The notes under the pieces were generated by a model. It saw only the letters and a program-made list of their open reading frames with translations, was not told the DNA's origin and did no database searches. 64,000 bases of DNA from an uncultured archaeon (GTDB taxonomy: Archaea > Altiarchaeota > Altiarchaeia > JAFGQM01), in contig CAZQBY010000001.1 in assembly GCA_964592405.1 (NCBI GenBank), forward strand, positions 18,459-82,458, written 5' to 3'. Positions 37,767-48,556 of this stretch are shown one piece after another. Every line of letters starts with the position of its first letter. The first letter of the stretch is position 1. The translations under genes and the position numbers were made by a program.

Positions 37767-40700
37767 TGAGAAGGTTATGGACCTCGCTGGTCCTAGCGGT
37801 TTTACTTATAAGTAGCTTCCCTGTCAGTCTAGCTCAGGAGCCGCCTGCCCCTGCCGACGTCCACTCATTCGAATGTGGTATAGGCAAGCTGACGCATGAG
37901 GAAATCAAGACCCTCTACAAGGAGCTGTATGGTGAGAGTTTCCAGAGCCGGGTTGAGGTGGGGCCAAGTCCGACGCACTCCCTAGAGCAGAATGTAAAGG
38001 AGGTTCTGAAGCGCACGCCACAGCAGATAATAGAGGAATTCAGGAACAGGACCAATCCAAATGCTAAAAACAGTGTCATAGGCGAGAACGAGATAGGCAC
38101 ACCTGATGGAAAGCTCAAGTTCGATTATGCCGGAGGGTGTGTAAGCTGTCAGTACTTTCCATTCACTTCCGGGACCGACACCCCGTATTTTGCCTGCACT
38201 AAGGACCTAACAACACGAGTAAGCTACTGTGAGAAGGGCATCGACCGGTGTGCGGAAAATGTCACCAACCAGAGTACCCCCCTTGCGGGCCTCTTCGGTG
38301 TTCTCAGCGGACCGGATCATGACAACCTGATGGCCATTGACGATTTCAAATTCTATGAGAGAAACGGTGCATTTGCACCTACCGATTACCACACCCTTGT
38401 CTATTCCAACCTCCAGAAGATTTATGACAACTATCTGCCAATTGCGACTGTGGTCTCAATATTCGTTCCAAATCCTGTGGGAATAGCCAGCCGAATCAAG
38501 AAGGGTGTAGGAGCTCTCGTAACTTGGGTCAAAACTATAGGACGTAGCCAAGTAGTCAAAACAGCTGCCAAAGTCGGCAGGACTCTTCCCTATTTTGGCT
38601 CCCGGGGCTCTCAGATACTGGCCACAAACCGTTATCTGGTTAAGGCTTTTGGACAGGCTGACGAGTTAATAAGTGCAACTGGCGGAGCATCGGGAGTAGC
38701 AGATGATGTGGTGAGGGAAGCAGCCGAAGCAGTTGTCAGGTTGCAGGACGATTTTGCCCGACCGGCTGCCGAAGTCTTCAGCAGATTTACAGAGAAACCG
38801 GTCAGCCATGTGGATGAAACCCTCTTCAATAATATATTCCAGCAGCAGGCCGCAGAGGCTCTACAGACAAAGCAGGGCAGCCAGCTCCTGAAGGAGCTCT
38901 ACGAACATTATGCAGCGCAGAACCTTGCCGAGGTTGAGGCCGCCTCCCTGAGGTCTATCGTAGTCAGAGGTTTTCAGGAAGGGCGTGTATCAGAAGATGT
39001 AGCCCGCGAGGTGCTTGAAGCGATAGGGGCGAGTACCAGCAAAACACTCGACAGGAGTCTGTCAATATTAGATGATCTTGCTAGGGGCTCAGTTGGGACT
39101 GCTGATGCAGAAGGGGCTATTGCCAGCATAATACGCTCTGCTGGTATGTGGCAGCCCGCCGGAGGTGAAACTGCTGAAATGGCAGCCAGGAACCTGATCA
39201 GCGGCTATACAAGTATATATCGGAGTGGAGGGAAAGATGCAGCTGAATCATTTGCCAAAAATGTGCTTAGAGGCTATGGAATAACCCCTGGTCAGATAGA
39301 CGATATATTGAAAAGTTCGGCAGATAGTTTTGCAAAAGAGGCAGAACTCGCCCTAAGGAGAAATCTAAAGGCTACAGAGAAAATAGGTGATATAGAAAGT
39401 ATTGGGGCTGCAAAGCAGGGGAAGCTAAAGAAACTGCAAAACCTGTTGTTGGGGACTACAAAAACAAAGACATCAACATTCCTCAGAGGGATAGTGTATA
39501 AAGCCGGATTTATCTACTACCTTGGTCACTCCCCTGGCGAGAATATCGGCTCCCAGCAGATGGTATTCTCAGTCAGTCCCACAGCAAAAGGCAAGGCAGC
39601 AATAAGAGAATACCTTGATGAAGAGCCGCCATATGTTGACATACTCTCTCATCAGTCCTCCTATCTGGAGGGGTGGCATAAGCTACTCAGCTATATCCAT
39701 ATACCTGATTTTTTTGAAAACTGGCTGAGTTTTCTCCAAGCCAGGTTCTCCGGACTAACAGGAAAGCGGTTCGGGGAGAGTCCGGAAGTGGAGAAAATTG
39801 AGCTGGAGTCCAAGTGTAGGGATGATATGTACAAGGTCAAGGATACGGCTTGGACATTCCGGAGCGGTAAGGGTGATGAAAGGTTTGTATTATCTCCGGG
39901 AACCCTGAGGATGTCCCTGTCGGGCGATGTCATGGTTCTAGAGTCGGATGGGAGTGCCCACAGCTATACAACTGAAATCGAAAGGGCAGGGTGTCTTCCG
40001 ACCATAATCCTAAAGACGCATGGGGTCGATATAACATCAGAGATATGGAAGAGCAGGGATGTATCGATAGACGGTCTCAAGAACCTAATGAGCTCCCTGG
40101 GCGGTAGGAGAGGTCCTGCGAGCATTGAGCGAACGGGTGAGGGTGTTCATTTCGGAGATTACCTCAGTCCGCCAGACGATGAAGTCAGATGTGCCATGTT
40201 TGATATGAGTTCATGGAAGAATGCAATGAGCTCGGCAGGATTTGGCCTGCTCGCCCAGACCCTGCCCTTGGTGGATCTGGCTACGGCACCATTCCTGTCA
40301 AAACATATGGGTGAGTGTATAGACAAGGACTACTGGGTCCATATGACAGTCATGGATGAGCAGGGCACATTGGATCTGATAGAGGATCTGTTTTCGGGGG
40401 CAGAATCTCAGGAGGTTGAGAAACTGAACTCCACGGAAAGTTCAACAGCGCCTTCTCCGGCCGGGGCCACAGTTGCTGTTACGGGCGAGGTGGCACAAAA
40501 GACTATGGAGGGTGGACAGGACTCTCGGGGCGGATATCCGACAGGAGCCGTTTCTGGTTCGCTGGTCATTGGCGGAGAAGAAAAAGAAAAGAAAACCGTA
40601 GCATATGCTGGCTCAGTACAGGGCTTCCTGAGCAAATTTGCGAATATGGGTGTTGCAGCCAAAGACTACGTTGAGAGGACTCTGAGGGAACAGGAGCTCA

Positions 40701-42397
40701 AACGGCTGAACAAGAACACCTTTTGGTTTAGGGGAGAGTACCCAAATGGTTTCTATGGGGCGCTGAAGATAAAGAACTGCTGCTATATATTCTTTGCCGG
40801 GAAATCCATTCAGCTGCCCATGGATACTGAAGTCAGGGAGAGGGCGATGGTTGACAACCTTGCTCCCGGTGAGAAGAAAAAGACAGTAGTCAAGATAACC
40901 AAGGAGGATGATGGGACGCCCACCTTGGAGATTGAGAAGGTGGACAAAGATGGAAAGAAGCGCACTGTCCTAAAGAAGACGGATGATATGCTGCGCCCAC
41001 AGGTTGACCAGCCAAAGACCGGAACTGTAATTCCAAGAAAGGTCAGTGAGATAGTATATGACCCGGAGAGCAGGGATATATTGTTCAGAAGCACCCTAGG
41101 GGGAGCATCCCCAACAGGGCAACTGCGTGCGGGTGATTATGGCAGCAGTTCGAAGGTAACAGAGGTGATAGACTGCATAACCAACTACCTAAATGGCATC
41201 CTCATGAAACATTATTCTCCGTTGGAACATGACCGTGCCCTTGCTGAGCTGGGGGGAATAACTCGGATAGTTCTAGATAACGGCATCCAGATAGAGAAGA
41301 AGGGTGAGAGATTTATACTTGCAAGCCCATCAGGCATAGGTTCGGGTTCAAATCTTGAGATACGCATGGACAGGATGGTAATTCTGGACGGTCTGGAGCT
41401 AGACAAAATCAAGATAATGCACACAGAGCGGGGACAACTCATGTGGCTTGCAGACAAGAACAAACTTGTAGTATGGCTCTATAAACTCGGCGAGGAGAAA
41501 GCGACCAAATTTGAGATAGATGAGAGGGAGACCGAAAAACTGCAGGAGGAAATAGACTCAGATGATGACGGCCTCACTGACTCAGAGGAATACGCCCTTG
41601 GAACAGATCCAAATGATCCTGACAGCGATGATGATGGCATACCAGATGGGGAGGAGGATGAAGACGGCGATGGCACACCCAATGCTGAGGAGATAGTCTG
41701 TAACTTCCATGGCTTTATGCTGGATCTCGGCCCAGACCTGAGGGAATACATGAACATGATAGGCCCTGTGCTGTCATTCGAAACAACAGACCACACAGTA
41801 ACATTCATAGCTGATGACAGCACTGGAACCTGCAGAAAGTATATAAGGATGTGTAACCGTGCTACAGGAGTTTGTGAGGATCCTGAGGAGATATCCAATG
41901 TTCAGGTGGCAGCCAATACAATAAGCATAACAACAACCGAGAATCACCTAAAGCTCTTGGAGGTAGGTCTGGACTCCAAAGGTAAACCTACTCTCAAATC
42001 AGTCCATAAGGACGAGAAAGGCAATATAGTCCAGGATGGGGAGACATTTGGCCCGGATGTTATAGAGAAGCTCCGGGGCACAAAGGGCGTTGGCGTTTAT
42101 GATCCGGATACTGGGAGGTGGACATTCTACAATGGTTTTGACATACCACGGGATCCGCGCTACAAGGATGGCATGACGCTGGCACCAACATACAACAACT
42201 CGCCCACCATCATGCCGGGTAATGTAATGGGTGAACCCCCAAAGACAGAAACGGCTAGCACCCAGACACTTCTGGCCGAACTTCCTTGGTCTCCTACCGG
42301 AAACTGCATGTTCCTGTTCATCGCATTTTTATTGATGGCTGTGTTATTCATACGCAGGAAAAGCATGGGTAAGCCTGTTGGATTATCCAGTAAATAG
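37763..42397 (+). CDS. Giant (1544 aa) cell-surface protein with Ca-binding Asp repeats and C-terminal anchor
   Basis: Signal peptide, Cys-rich blocks, DSDDDGLTDSEE..GTDPNDPDSDDDGIPDG repeats, C-terminal TM + RRK. Confidence 0.85.
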   Translation: MMRRLWTSLVLAVLLISSFPVSLAQEPPAPADVHSFECGIGKLTHEEIKTLYKELYGESFQSRVEVGPSPTHSLEQNVKEVLKRTPQQIIEEFRNRTNPNAKNSVIGENEIGTPDGKLKFDYAGGCVSCQYFPFTSGTDTPYFACTKDLTTRVSYCEKGIDRCAENVTNQSTPLAGLFGVLSGPDHDNLMAIDDFKFYERNGAFAPTDYHTLVYSNLQKIYDNYLPIATVVSIFVPNPVGIASRIKKGVGALVTWVKTIGRSQVVKTAAKVGRTLPYFGSRGSQILATNRYLVKAFGQADELISATGGASGVADDVVREAAEAVVRLQDDFARPAAEVFSRFTEKPVSHVDETLFNNIFQQQAAEALQTKQGSQLLKELYEHYAAQNLAEVEAASLRSIVVRGFQEGRVSEDVAREVLEAIGASTSKTLDRSLSILDDLARGSVGTADAEGAIASIIRSAGMWQPAGGETAEMAARNLISGYTSIYRSGGKDAAESFAKNVLRGYGITPGQIDDILKSSADSFAKEAELALRRNLKATEKIGDIESIGAAKQGKLKKLQNLLLGTTKTKTSTFLRGIVYKAGFIYYLGHSPGENIGSQQMVFSVSPTAKGKAAIREYLDEEPPYVDILSHQSSYLEGWHKLLSYIHIPDFFENWLSFLQARFSGLTGKRFGESPEVEKIELESKCRDDMYKVKDTAWTFRSGKGDERFVLSPGTLRMSLSGDVMVLESDGSAHSYTTEIERAGCLPTIILKTHGVDITSEIWKSRDVSIDGLKNLMSSLGGRRGPASIERTGEGVHFGDYLSPPDDEVRCAMFDMSSWKNAMSSAGFGLLAQTLPLVDLATAPFLSKHMGECIDKDYWVHMTVMDEQGTLDLIEDLFSGAESQEVEKLNSTESSTAPSPAGATVAVTGEVAQKTMEGGQDSRGGYPTGAVSGSLVIGGEEKEKKTVAYAGSVQGFLSKFANMGVAAKDYVERTLREQELKRLNKNTFWFRGEYPNGFYGALKIKNCCYIFFAGKSIQLPMDTEVRERAMVDNLAPGEKKKTVVKITKEDDGTPTLEIEKVDKDGKKRTVLKKTDDMLRPQVDQPKTGTVIPRKVSEIVYDPESRDILFRSTLGGASPTGQLRAGDYGSSSKVTEVIDCITNYLNGILMKHYSPLEHDRALAELGGITRIVLDNGIQIEKKGERFILASPSGIGSGSNLEIRMDRMVILDGLELDKIKIMHTERGQLMWLADKNKLVVWLYKLGEEKATKFEIDERETEKLQEEIDSDDDGLTDSEEYALGTDPNDPDSDDDGIPDGEEDEDGDGTPNAEEIVCNFHGFMLDLGPDLREYMNMIGPVLSFETTDHTVTFIADDSTGTCRKYIRMCNRATGVCEDPEEISNVQVAANTISITTTENHLKLLEVGLDSKGKPTLKSVHKDEKGNIVQDGETFGPDVIEKLRGTKGVGVYDPDTGRWTFYNGFDIPRDPRYKDGMTLAPTYNNSPTIMPGNVMGEPPKTETASTQTLLAELPWSPTGNCMFLFIAFLLMAVLFIRRKSMGKPVGLSSK

Positions 42398-42423
42398 TGG
42401 GATATTCCCACCACAGAGGAAAA

Positions 42424-42765
42424 ATGGTTCATAGAATGCTCTTGGTCAGGGTTGGAGACAAGTATGTGCATCTTCTCAAGATGTTTGGCGCACTATTTAC
42501 ATTTGCATGCGCGTTCAATGTTCTGAGTGCCGCATATGAGCTAAACCAGGCCCTGAGAACCGGTGATCTGGCATACCCAGCGGCTTCTGTTGGAGATATA
42601 TTCGGCTCATTGACCGGACCCATAGCATCCCTCTTCTTCTGGCTGGGATTCATGATAATAGGGCTGATCCTCTATCGTTCTGACAGGACCTTCCTCCCTC
42701 TGGAAGAGGACATAATTGATTATCCCCCAGAGTCTCCTAGGTCTAGGGCCAAGGCCAAGAAGTGA
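42424..42765 (+). CDS. Hypothetical 2-TM membrane protein
   Basis: Two hydrophobic segments; co-oriented with neighbours. Confidence 0.7.
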   Translation: MVHRMLLVRVGDKYVHLLKMFGALFTFACAFNVLSAAYELNQALRTGDLAYPAASVGDIFGSLTGPIASLFFWLGFMIIGLILYRSDRTFLPLEEDIIDYPPESPRSRAKAKK

Positions 42766-42768
42766 AAA

Positions 42769-43683
42769 ATGTCCAAGATTCTCATAACTGATAAGATTAC
42801 GCCTGATGCTATCTCTGTGTTGAGGGAAAAACATGAGGTGGAAGAGTTTCTGGATTGGAAGCTGGAGGAACTTTTGGAGAAGATAAAAGACTTCGATGCC
42901 TTGGTTGTCAGGAGCCGGACCAAGGTAACAAAAGAGCTCATAGATGCCGGCAAGAAACTCAGGATAATAGCTAGGGCCGGTGCAGGCATTGACAATATTG
43001 ATAAAGATTATGCCGAATCCAAAGGTATTCAGGTATTAAACACCCCCACGGCAAACCTGCTCAGTGTAGCTGAATTGACATTGGGCCTTGCAATAGCGCT
43101 CCTCAGACACATCCCACGCGCTGACAGGGGCATGAGGCAGGGTCTTTGGGAGAAGAAGAAGCTTCGTGGTAGTGAAATATCCGGTAAAAAGTGGGGGATA
43201 ATTGGGTTGGGGAACGTTGGCAGGCTTGTTGTCGGTCTTTTGAAAGGCTTCAATTGTGATATCCTAACCTATGATCCATACGTCTCCAAAGAAACAGCGG
43301 TTGGTCTGGGGGCGAGATCTGTATCCCTTGATGAACTGCTAAGAGAATGCGATATAATCTCCATCCATGTCCCGCTTTTGGATTCCACCCGCGGTCTGAT
43401 AGGAGCTAGGGAACTATCCATGATGAAGGATTCTGCAGTTCTTATAAATACCTCCCGTGGCGGCATAGTGGATGAAAGCGCGCTGTATGAAGCCCTCAGG
43501 AAGAACAAGATAAGAGGAGCTGCACTTGACGTCTTTGAGAATGAACCCCCGGGCGACTCACTACTATTGACTCTGGAAAATACTGTTTATACCTGTCATC
43601 TTGGTGCCAATACCTCAGATGCCCTTGACCGCGTGAGTAAAGAGGTTGCAGAAAAACTTTTAAAGGCTCTGGAACCTGTTTAA
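42769..43683 (+). CDS. D-3-phosphoglycerate / D-2-hydroxyacid dehydrogenase
   Basis: RAGAGIDNID, GLGNVG, INTSRGG, ALDVFENEP, CHLGANT. Confidence 0.92.
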   Translation: MSKILITDKITPDAISVLREKHEVEEFLDWKLEELLEKIKDFDALVVRSRTKVTKELIDAGKKLRIIARAGAGIDNIDKDYAESKGIQVLNTPTANLLSVAELTLGLAIALLRHIPRADRGMRQGLWEKKKLRGSEISGKKWGIIGLGNVGRLVVGLLKGFNCDILTYDPYVSKETAVGLGARSVSLDELLRECDIISIHVPLLDSTRGLIGARELSMMKDSAVLINTSRGGIVDESALYEALRKNKIRGAALDVFENEPPGDSLLLTLENTVYTCHLGANTSDALDRVSKEVAEKLLKALEPV

Positions 43684-43765
43684 TACCCTTGATGATAGAG
43701 AATCCTGATGATAGTGAGTGTCCAAAGCCCGGTTTTTGTTCCCCAATTCCAAGATTGAGGATAAT

Positions 43766-44089
43766 CTAACGATTATTTTTTAGAGAAATAAATTTTCTCG
43801 TAGCGTCTTCCATTACTCGATGCCAGTTGCTATCCAAACCGAGAGAGCCCCAACCGAGTCCGCATTTTCGAAGTAGATTCCTTACCCACATGCCCAAATC
43901 ATAATGTCTCTTGCTTGACCAGTCATTTTCCTTTTGCATCAACTCCCAAACTTCTAGAAAGGTCTCTTCGGGAATATTTTTTATCAAACAGTTTATAGCC
44001 TTCAACCATTCTTCTTTTGTTATTTTTCCTCTAGGAACCGGCTGGAACCCCTTGGGCAGCCCCTTTATTTTAAGATTTTCCTTTTTCAT
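43766..44089 (-). CDS. Hypothetical protein (DUF6794-like motif) in AT-rich segment
   Basis: HYDLGMWVRN motif; opposite strand to neighbours. Confidence 0.6.
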   Translation of the reverse strand: MKKENLKIKGLPKGFQPVPRGKITKEEWLKAINCLIKNIPEETFLEVWELMQKENDWSSKRHYDLGMWVRNLLRKCGLGWGSLGLDSNWHRVMEDATRKFISLKNNR

Positions 44090-44251
44090 ATCTATTTAAA
44101 TTTCAAAACTCTTTTTTAATTCTTTTTGAGATCATCAGGTAAAGTTCAACAAATTACTATTAAAAAGGAAAAGAAAAATGTGGGGAACTGCCCAGTGGGA
44201 ACTGCCCATGACCCGTTTTTATCCCCAATTCCATAATGAATACAACCCAAA

Positions 44252-45862
44252 ATGCCAGAGCTTGATTTGCAGAAGTTACTAGCCAAGAATAATATTGACA
44301 GAAGTACAGGGCCTAAGGCAAAAGAACATCCTTCTGGCATAGGGAAATCTCCAGAAAAGACTCAAAAGCCTGAAGAAAGCAGGAAACCGACCCCTGCAGG
44401 AGACGGCCTTATGAAACTTCTCAGACAGGAGAAGGCCGTCAAAGAAAAACTCATTGACAGTTATGACAACGTTGAGATAGTGGATACTGGGGGAGAGTTA
44501 TACCTGTACCGGGTGAAATTACCCAACCTGACACCTGCCGACCATCAGATTATTGAGTCCATACAGAAGGTAGCCGTAAAGATAATCGATACCCGCCGGG
44601 AGAGTAGCAATTCCAAGATAAGAAAGCAGAGCCTTAGAGAGAAAATATACAGCATGATCGCAAAAACCTCCTCAATCAAGGTTTCTGAGACCAAGATGCA
44701 TGCGTATGCTGATATAATATCCAGAGAAATGGGGGGTTATGGCCTTCTGGACTATCTCATGGATGATGACCAACTTGAGGAGATCATGGTAGTTCCGCCG
44801 AAGCGCAAGGTCTATGTATTTCACCGGACTCACGGCATGCTTCTGACCAACATAGATATAGATTCTGACGAATATACCATAAACATTATAGAGAGGATAG
44901 CGCGGGATGTCTCGCGCAGGGTGGATACAAATAACCCTCTCCTCGATGCGCGCCTGCCATCCGGTGACAGGGTTAATGCCACTCTCCAGCCCGCATCTGT
45001 TGATGGACCGAGCCTTACAATAAGGAAATTCAGGGAGAATCCCTATACGATAGCAGACATGATAAAGTTCAAGACTCTTAACCCTGAGGTTGCAGCCTTT
45101 TTATGGCTCGCAGTAGAAGGCATACAGTCTTTTCCATCCAATGTGCTTATTTCCGGGGGAACGTCTTCTGGCAAGACCACACTCCTTAACTGCATCTCTA
45201 TGTTTATAAGACCAACCGAAAGGGTTTTGACAATTGAGGATACTGCTGAGCTGAAGCTACCGCTCAAGCACTGGATACGTCTGGAAACTCGCCCACCAGG
45301 CATAGAGGGAACCGGTGAAATAAGCATGGATGTCCTGCTGAAGAATGCACTGAGAATGAGACCAGACCGCATAATCGTTGGTGAGGTGAGGCACAGCGAG
45401 GCGTTCACCCTGTTCACAGCCATGAACACAGGTCATCAGGGTTCGATGGGAACTATACACGCCAATACCAGTGAGGAAACTCTAGTCAGGCTCATGTCGC
45501 CTCCAATGAATATCCCTGAGCAGATGGCGACTGCATTAAATCTGATAGTTGTCCTTAACCGTATAAATGTTCCAAAAGTCGGACTTGTAAGGAGGGTCAC
45601 GGAGATAGCTGAGGTAACCGGCACAAAGAAGCCGGAACTTCATATGATTTATGAGTGGAATTCTGAAAGTGATGATATAGTACCTGTCGACAGGGTATCC
45701 TCAGTGAAGAAAAAGATACAGAAGTATTCAGGGCTGTCCTCCAGCAGTATTGATAAGGAGCTCAGTATTCGTGAAGAGCTCCTGTCAGCGGCAGCCAAGA
45801 AAGATATAACGGCCTTGGACTCTTTTGCAACCTTTATACAAAAATATTATGAGAAACAGTAA
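44252..45862 (+). CDS. Type II/IV secretion ATPase (TadA/CpaF/VirB11 family)
   Basis: LDARLPSGDRVNA, SLTIRKF, GGTSSGKTT, IEDTAEL, LRMRPDRIIVGEVR, AMNTGH. Confidence 0.95.
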   Translation: MPELDLQKLLAKNNIDRSTGPKAKEHPSGIGKSPEKTQKPEESRKPTPAGDGLMKLLRQEKAVKEKLIDSYDNVEIVDTGGELYLYRVKLPNLTPADHQIIESIQKVAVKIIDTRRESSNSKIRKQSLREKIYSMIAKTSSIKVSETKMHAYADIISREMGGYGLLDYLMDDDQLEEIMVVPPKRKVYVFHRTHGMLLTNIDIDSDEYTINIIERIARDVSRRVDTNNPLLDARLPSGDRVNATLQPASVDGPSLTIRKFRENPYTIADMIKFKTLNPEVAAFLWLAVEGIQSFPSNVLISGGTSSGKTTLLNCISMFIRPTERVLTIEDTAELKLPLKHWIRLETRPPGIEGTGEISMDVLLKNALRMRPDRIIVGEVRHSEAFTLFTAMNTGHQGSMGTIHANTSEETLVRLMSPPMNIPEQMATALNLIVVLNRINVPKVGLVRRVTEIAEVTGTKKPELHMIYEWNSESDDIVPVDRVSSVKKKIQKYSGLSSSSIDKELSIREELLSAAAKKDITALDSFATFIQKYYEKQ

Positions 45863-45892
45863 TCTATTTTTAAAAAACATCTATTAATTTAA

Positions 45893-47170
45893 ATGACAAT
45901 GCCTGATAGCAACAAGCCCAAGGATTTGAAGAAACTTGAGGAATGGGATGAAATGCTCAGCAAGATAAAACCAAAGACCCAATCAGCTGAGACAAAGACC
46001 CCTGTAACCAAAGAGCAACTTCCGTCATCAAGGGAATTTGAGCTAGAGTGGGAAAAAAGGATAAAATCAGGTGATAAGGCCATCCCCGCTTCCACCAAGA
46101 CAAAAAAGAGGGTCGATTCACTGGAGGAGGTTTTCCAGCACTTGGAGGAGCAGCCTGCTCCAAAATCTGCCAAAATATCCAAGACTCCGGGCAGGAAGGA
46201 AAAGAGGAGGCTGGAGAGAATTGGAGGCGCTATACGTGGTGAGGCCCCAACTTTAAGGGAGCGGGATATTACAGGCGAGGTTGTCGGAGGACTATACAGA
46301 CTCTACCCGATGGGAAATCTCCCTCCTCTCAATCTCCTCTCAAAATTCCTTCTGAAACTAAGCAAAGAATCCTTGGAGAAGGATCTCGTGAGGTCAAAGA
46401 TACCATTGTATCCCGATGAATATACATCTTTCTCAGTTGGCATTGGATTTATATTCTCCATACTGATTTTTGTCTTGATATTCCTGCTGGTTTTCCCCTC
46501 ATCCCCTACCCTATCCAGTTTGCTCATGCCATTGGTTGGGTTCATAGTCTCGCTGTTGCTGATTTCCATTTTTGTTACGAAACTGCCATCAATACAGATA
46601 AAATCCAGTTCTAGGGATGTTGATCGCCAGTTGCCCTATGCTCTCAGGCATATGTCGGCCCTGCTCAGCGCAGGCATAAGTATATTTGATTCAATAGTAT
46701 CAGTCTCTAAAGCGGATTACGGATTGCTGTCGGATGAGCTTGATAAGGTGGTCTGGGATGTTAAGTCGGGTGAGAACTTCTCAGAGGCTTTGGAAGATGC
46801 TTCCAATCGTGTAGGGTCCACATCCTTTACACGTGTAACAATACATATACGACGGGCTCTGCAGATGGGTGGGGATGTTGCAAGCATAATAGGTCAGATA
46901 GCCGAGGATCTGACCTTCGAAATGAGAATGAAGATATCGGACTTTGTCGAGAAGCTCAATGCATTTGCCATAGTCTATTTGATAGGGGGAATAGTTGGGC
47001 CGGTGGTCATAGCTGTTTTCACGGTTGTCGGAAGTGCCAAACCGCTTCAGGACGTGGGAAGTGGTGGCATGATAGATACAACCATGCTGATGTTCATGAT
47101 ACTTGTGATGTTCCCTCTGATAATGCTCTTCATAACATATATAGTCAGGCTTATGGAACCAAAAGTATAA
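45893..47170 (+). CDS. T2SS-F (TadB/TadC) platform protein
   Basis: QLPYALRHMSALLSAG, YGLLSDE, multiple TMs; follows ATPase. Confidence 0.9.
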   Translation: MTMPDSNKPKDLKKLEEWDEMLSKIKPKTQSAETKTPVTKEQLPSSREFELEWEKRIKSGDKAIPASTKTKKRVDSLEEVFQHLEEQPAPKSAKISKTPGRKEKRRLERIGGAIRGEAPTLRERDITGEVVGGLYRLYPMGNLPPLNLLSKFLLKLSKESLEKDLVRSKIPLYPDEYTSFSVGIGFIFSILIFVLIFLLVFPSSPTLSSLLMPLVGFIVSLLLISIFVTKLPSIQIKSSSRDVDRQLPYALRHMSALLSAGISIFDSIVSVSKADYGLLSDELDKVVWDVKSGENFSEALEDASNRVGSTSFTRVTIHIRRALQMGGDVASIIGQIAEDLTFEMRMKISDFVEKLNAFAIVYLIGGIVGPVVIAVFTVVGSAKPLQDVGSGGMIDTTMLMFMILVMFPLIMLFITYIVRLMEPKV

Positions 47171-47219
47171 GGTATAAAACAGATCAAATCACAGACAACA
47201 TTTTAATTAAAACTTAACG

Positions 47220-48122
47220 ATGCCAAAGGATACAAACAGATCATCACAGAACCTTGGATATGGCCGGTATCTGGAGACAAGCAATATAAGGCTGTCCCCA
47301 ATACTTTGGTTCATTGTAGCCATAGTCATGGCTGCAGTCCTAAGTTTTATACTCTTTTTGGCCTTCCCAAATAGCCCGGCAATTTCCCTGATTGCCATAG
47401 TGGTAATCCCTATACTCATTATAGGCCTCCCCATAATCATGAAAGAAAGGCGTGATGGACATATTGAGGAGGCAATACCTGACGTGTTCGAGGAACTGGC
47501 CACCTCACTGAGGGCAGGTGCTACAATAGAGCAGGCCCTTCTAGACCTGACGAAGATACAGAAAGGTCCGCTCATAGATGAACTCAAGACCGCCCTGCAG
47601 GATATGGAGGGCGGGTTCAGCTTTGAGGAGGCATTAGAGAACCTCATTTCCCGGGTGGACATAGTCATGCTGAAGCGGATATTCAAGATAGTCATAGACG
47701 GCAAGAAGGCTGGTGGAGAGCTGGCTAACATACTGGATGCGGTAGCCTCCGATGCAAGGGAAATGGCGCGCCTGAGCAGAGAGCGGATGAGTAAGACCCT
47801 TATGTATGTAATATTCATCTTTGCAGCCGGCTCGGTGGTGGCACCTCTGATATTTGGATTCGTGACTGAGATAGGGTTTATGGTAGCAAATGTGGGAGCC
47901 ACAGTAGAGGTGGAAAACCCCCTTAATATACCCGGAACAGGCATAAACCTATTCTGGCTCTACCTCCTATTGGAGTGTTTTATCTCTGGCATAATGCTGG
48001 CCGTTGTCCGGGGTATCAAGATCTGGAGGGGGATAGTTTTCTATTCCCTATCCATGGCGCTTTTGGGCACCATAGTATTTGAAGTGGCCAAGACAATAGC
48101 AGCATATATGCTCGCTGTATGA
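47220..48122 (+). CDS. T2SS-F (TadC/TadB) platform protein
   Basis: PDVFEELATSLRAG, GGELANIL, multiple TMs. Confidence 0.9.
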   Translation: MPKDTNRSSQNLGYGRYLETSNIRLSPILWFIVAIVMAAVLSFILFLAFPNSPAISLIAIVVIPILIIGLPIIMKERRDGHIEEAIPDVFEELATSLRAGATIEQALLDLTKIQKGPLIDELKTALQDMEGGFSFEEALENLISRVDIVMLKRIFKIVIDGKKAGGELANILDAVASDAREMARLSRERMSKTLMYVIFIFAAGSVVAPLIFGFVTEIGFMVANVGATVEVENPLNIPGTGINLFWLYLLLECFISGIMLAVVRGIKIWRGIVFYSLSMALLGTIVFEVAKTIAAYMLAV

Positions 48123-48215
48123 GTCCTATTCCTGTTCCAATATAAGTTTTTGTTTCTCTTTAAGCAACACTTTTTATCACACAACACACAAAATAAAGCC
48201 GCTATATCTCATCTT

Positions 48216-48289
48216 GGGCCCATGGTCTAGCCTGGTATGACGTCGCCTTGACATGGCGGAGGTCGCCGGTTCAAATCCGGCTGGGCCCA
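48216..48289 (+). tRNA. tRNA-Val(GAC), intronless
   Basis: GGGCCCA/TGGGCCC acceptor; TCGCC-TTGACAT-GGCGG. Confidence 0.97.
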
Positions 48290-48324
48290 TTCCAGTCTTC
48301 TCTTGGTTTACGGTTTTCTGAAAA

Positions 48325-48507
48325 ATGCCTGTTGTTAGAGTGAGTATGTGGGAAGGGAGAACGCGCGAGCAGAAGGCGGAGCTGGCCGAGGCTATAACCA
48401 AGGCGATCTCCGAAATCGCCAAGACGCCCAGGGAGCATGTATGGGTCATCTACGAGGACGTCAATAAGAGCGACTGGGCGATAGGCGGGAAACTCTGCGA
48501 CGAATAG
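48325..48507 (+). CDS. 4-oxalocrotonate tautomerase family protein
   Basis: Pro-1, GRTREQK, WAIGG. Confidence 0.92.
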   Translation: MPVVRVSMWEGRTREQKAELAEAITKAISEIAKTPREHVWVIYEDVNKSDWAIGGKLCDE

Positions 48508-48556
48508 GAGCCCCTGGCTGCGTAAGCCCTTTTATATCAAAAAACGCAAACTATAC

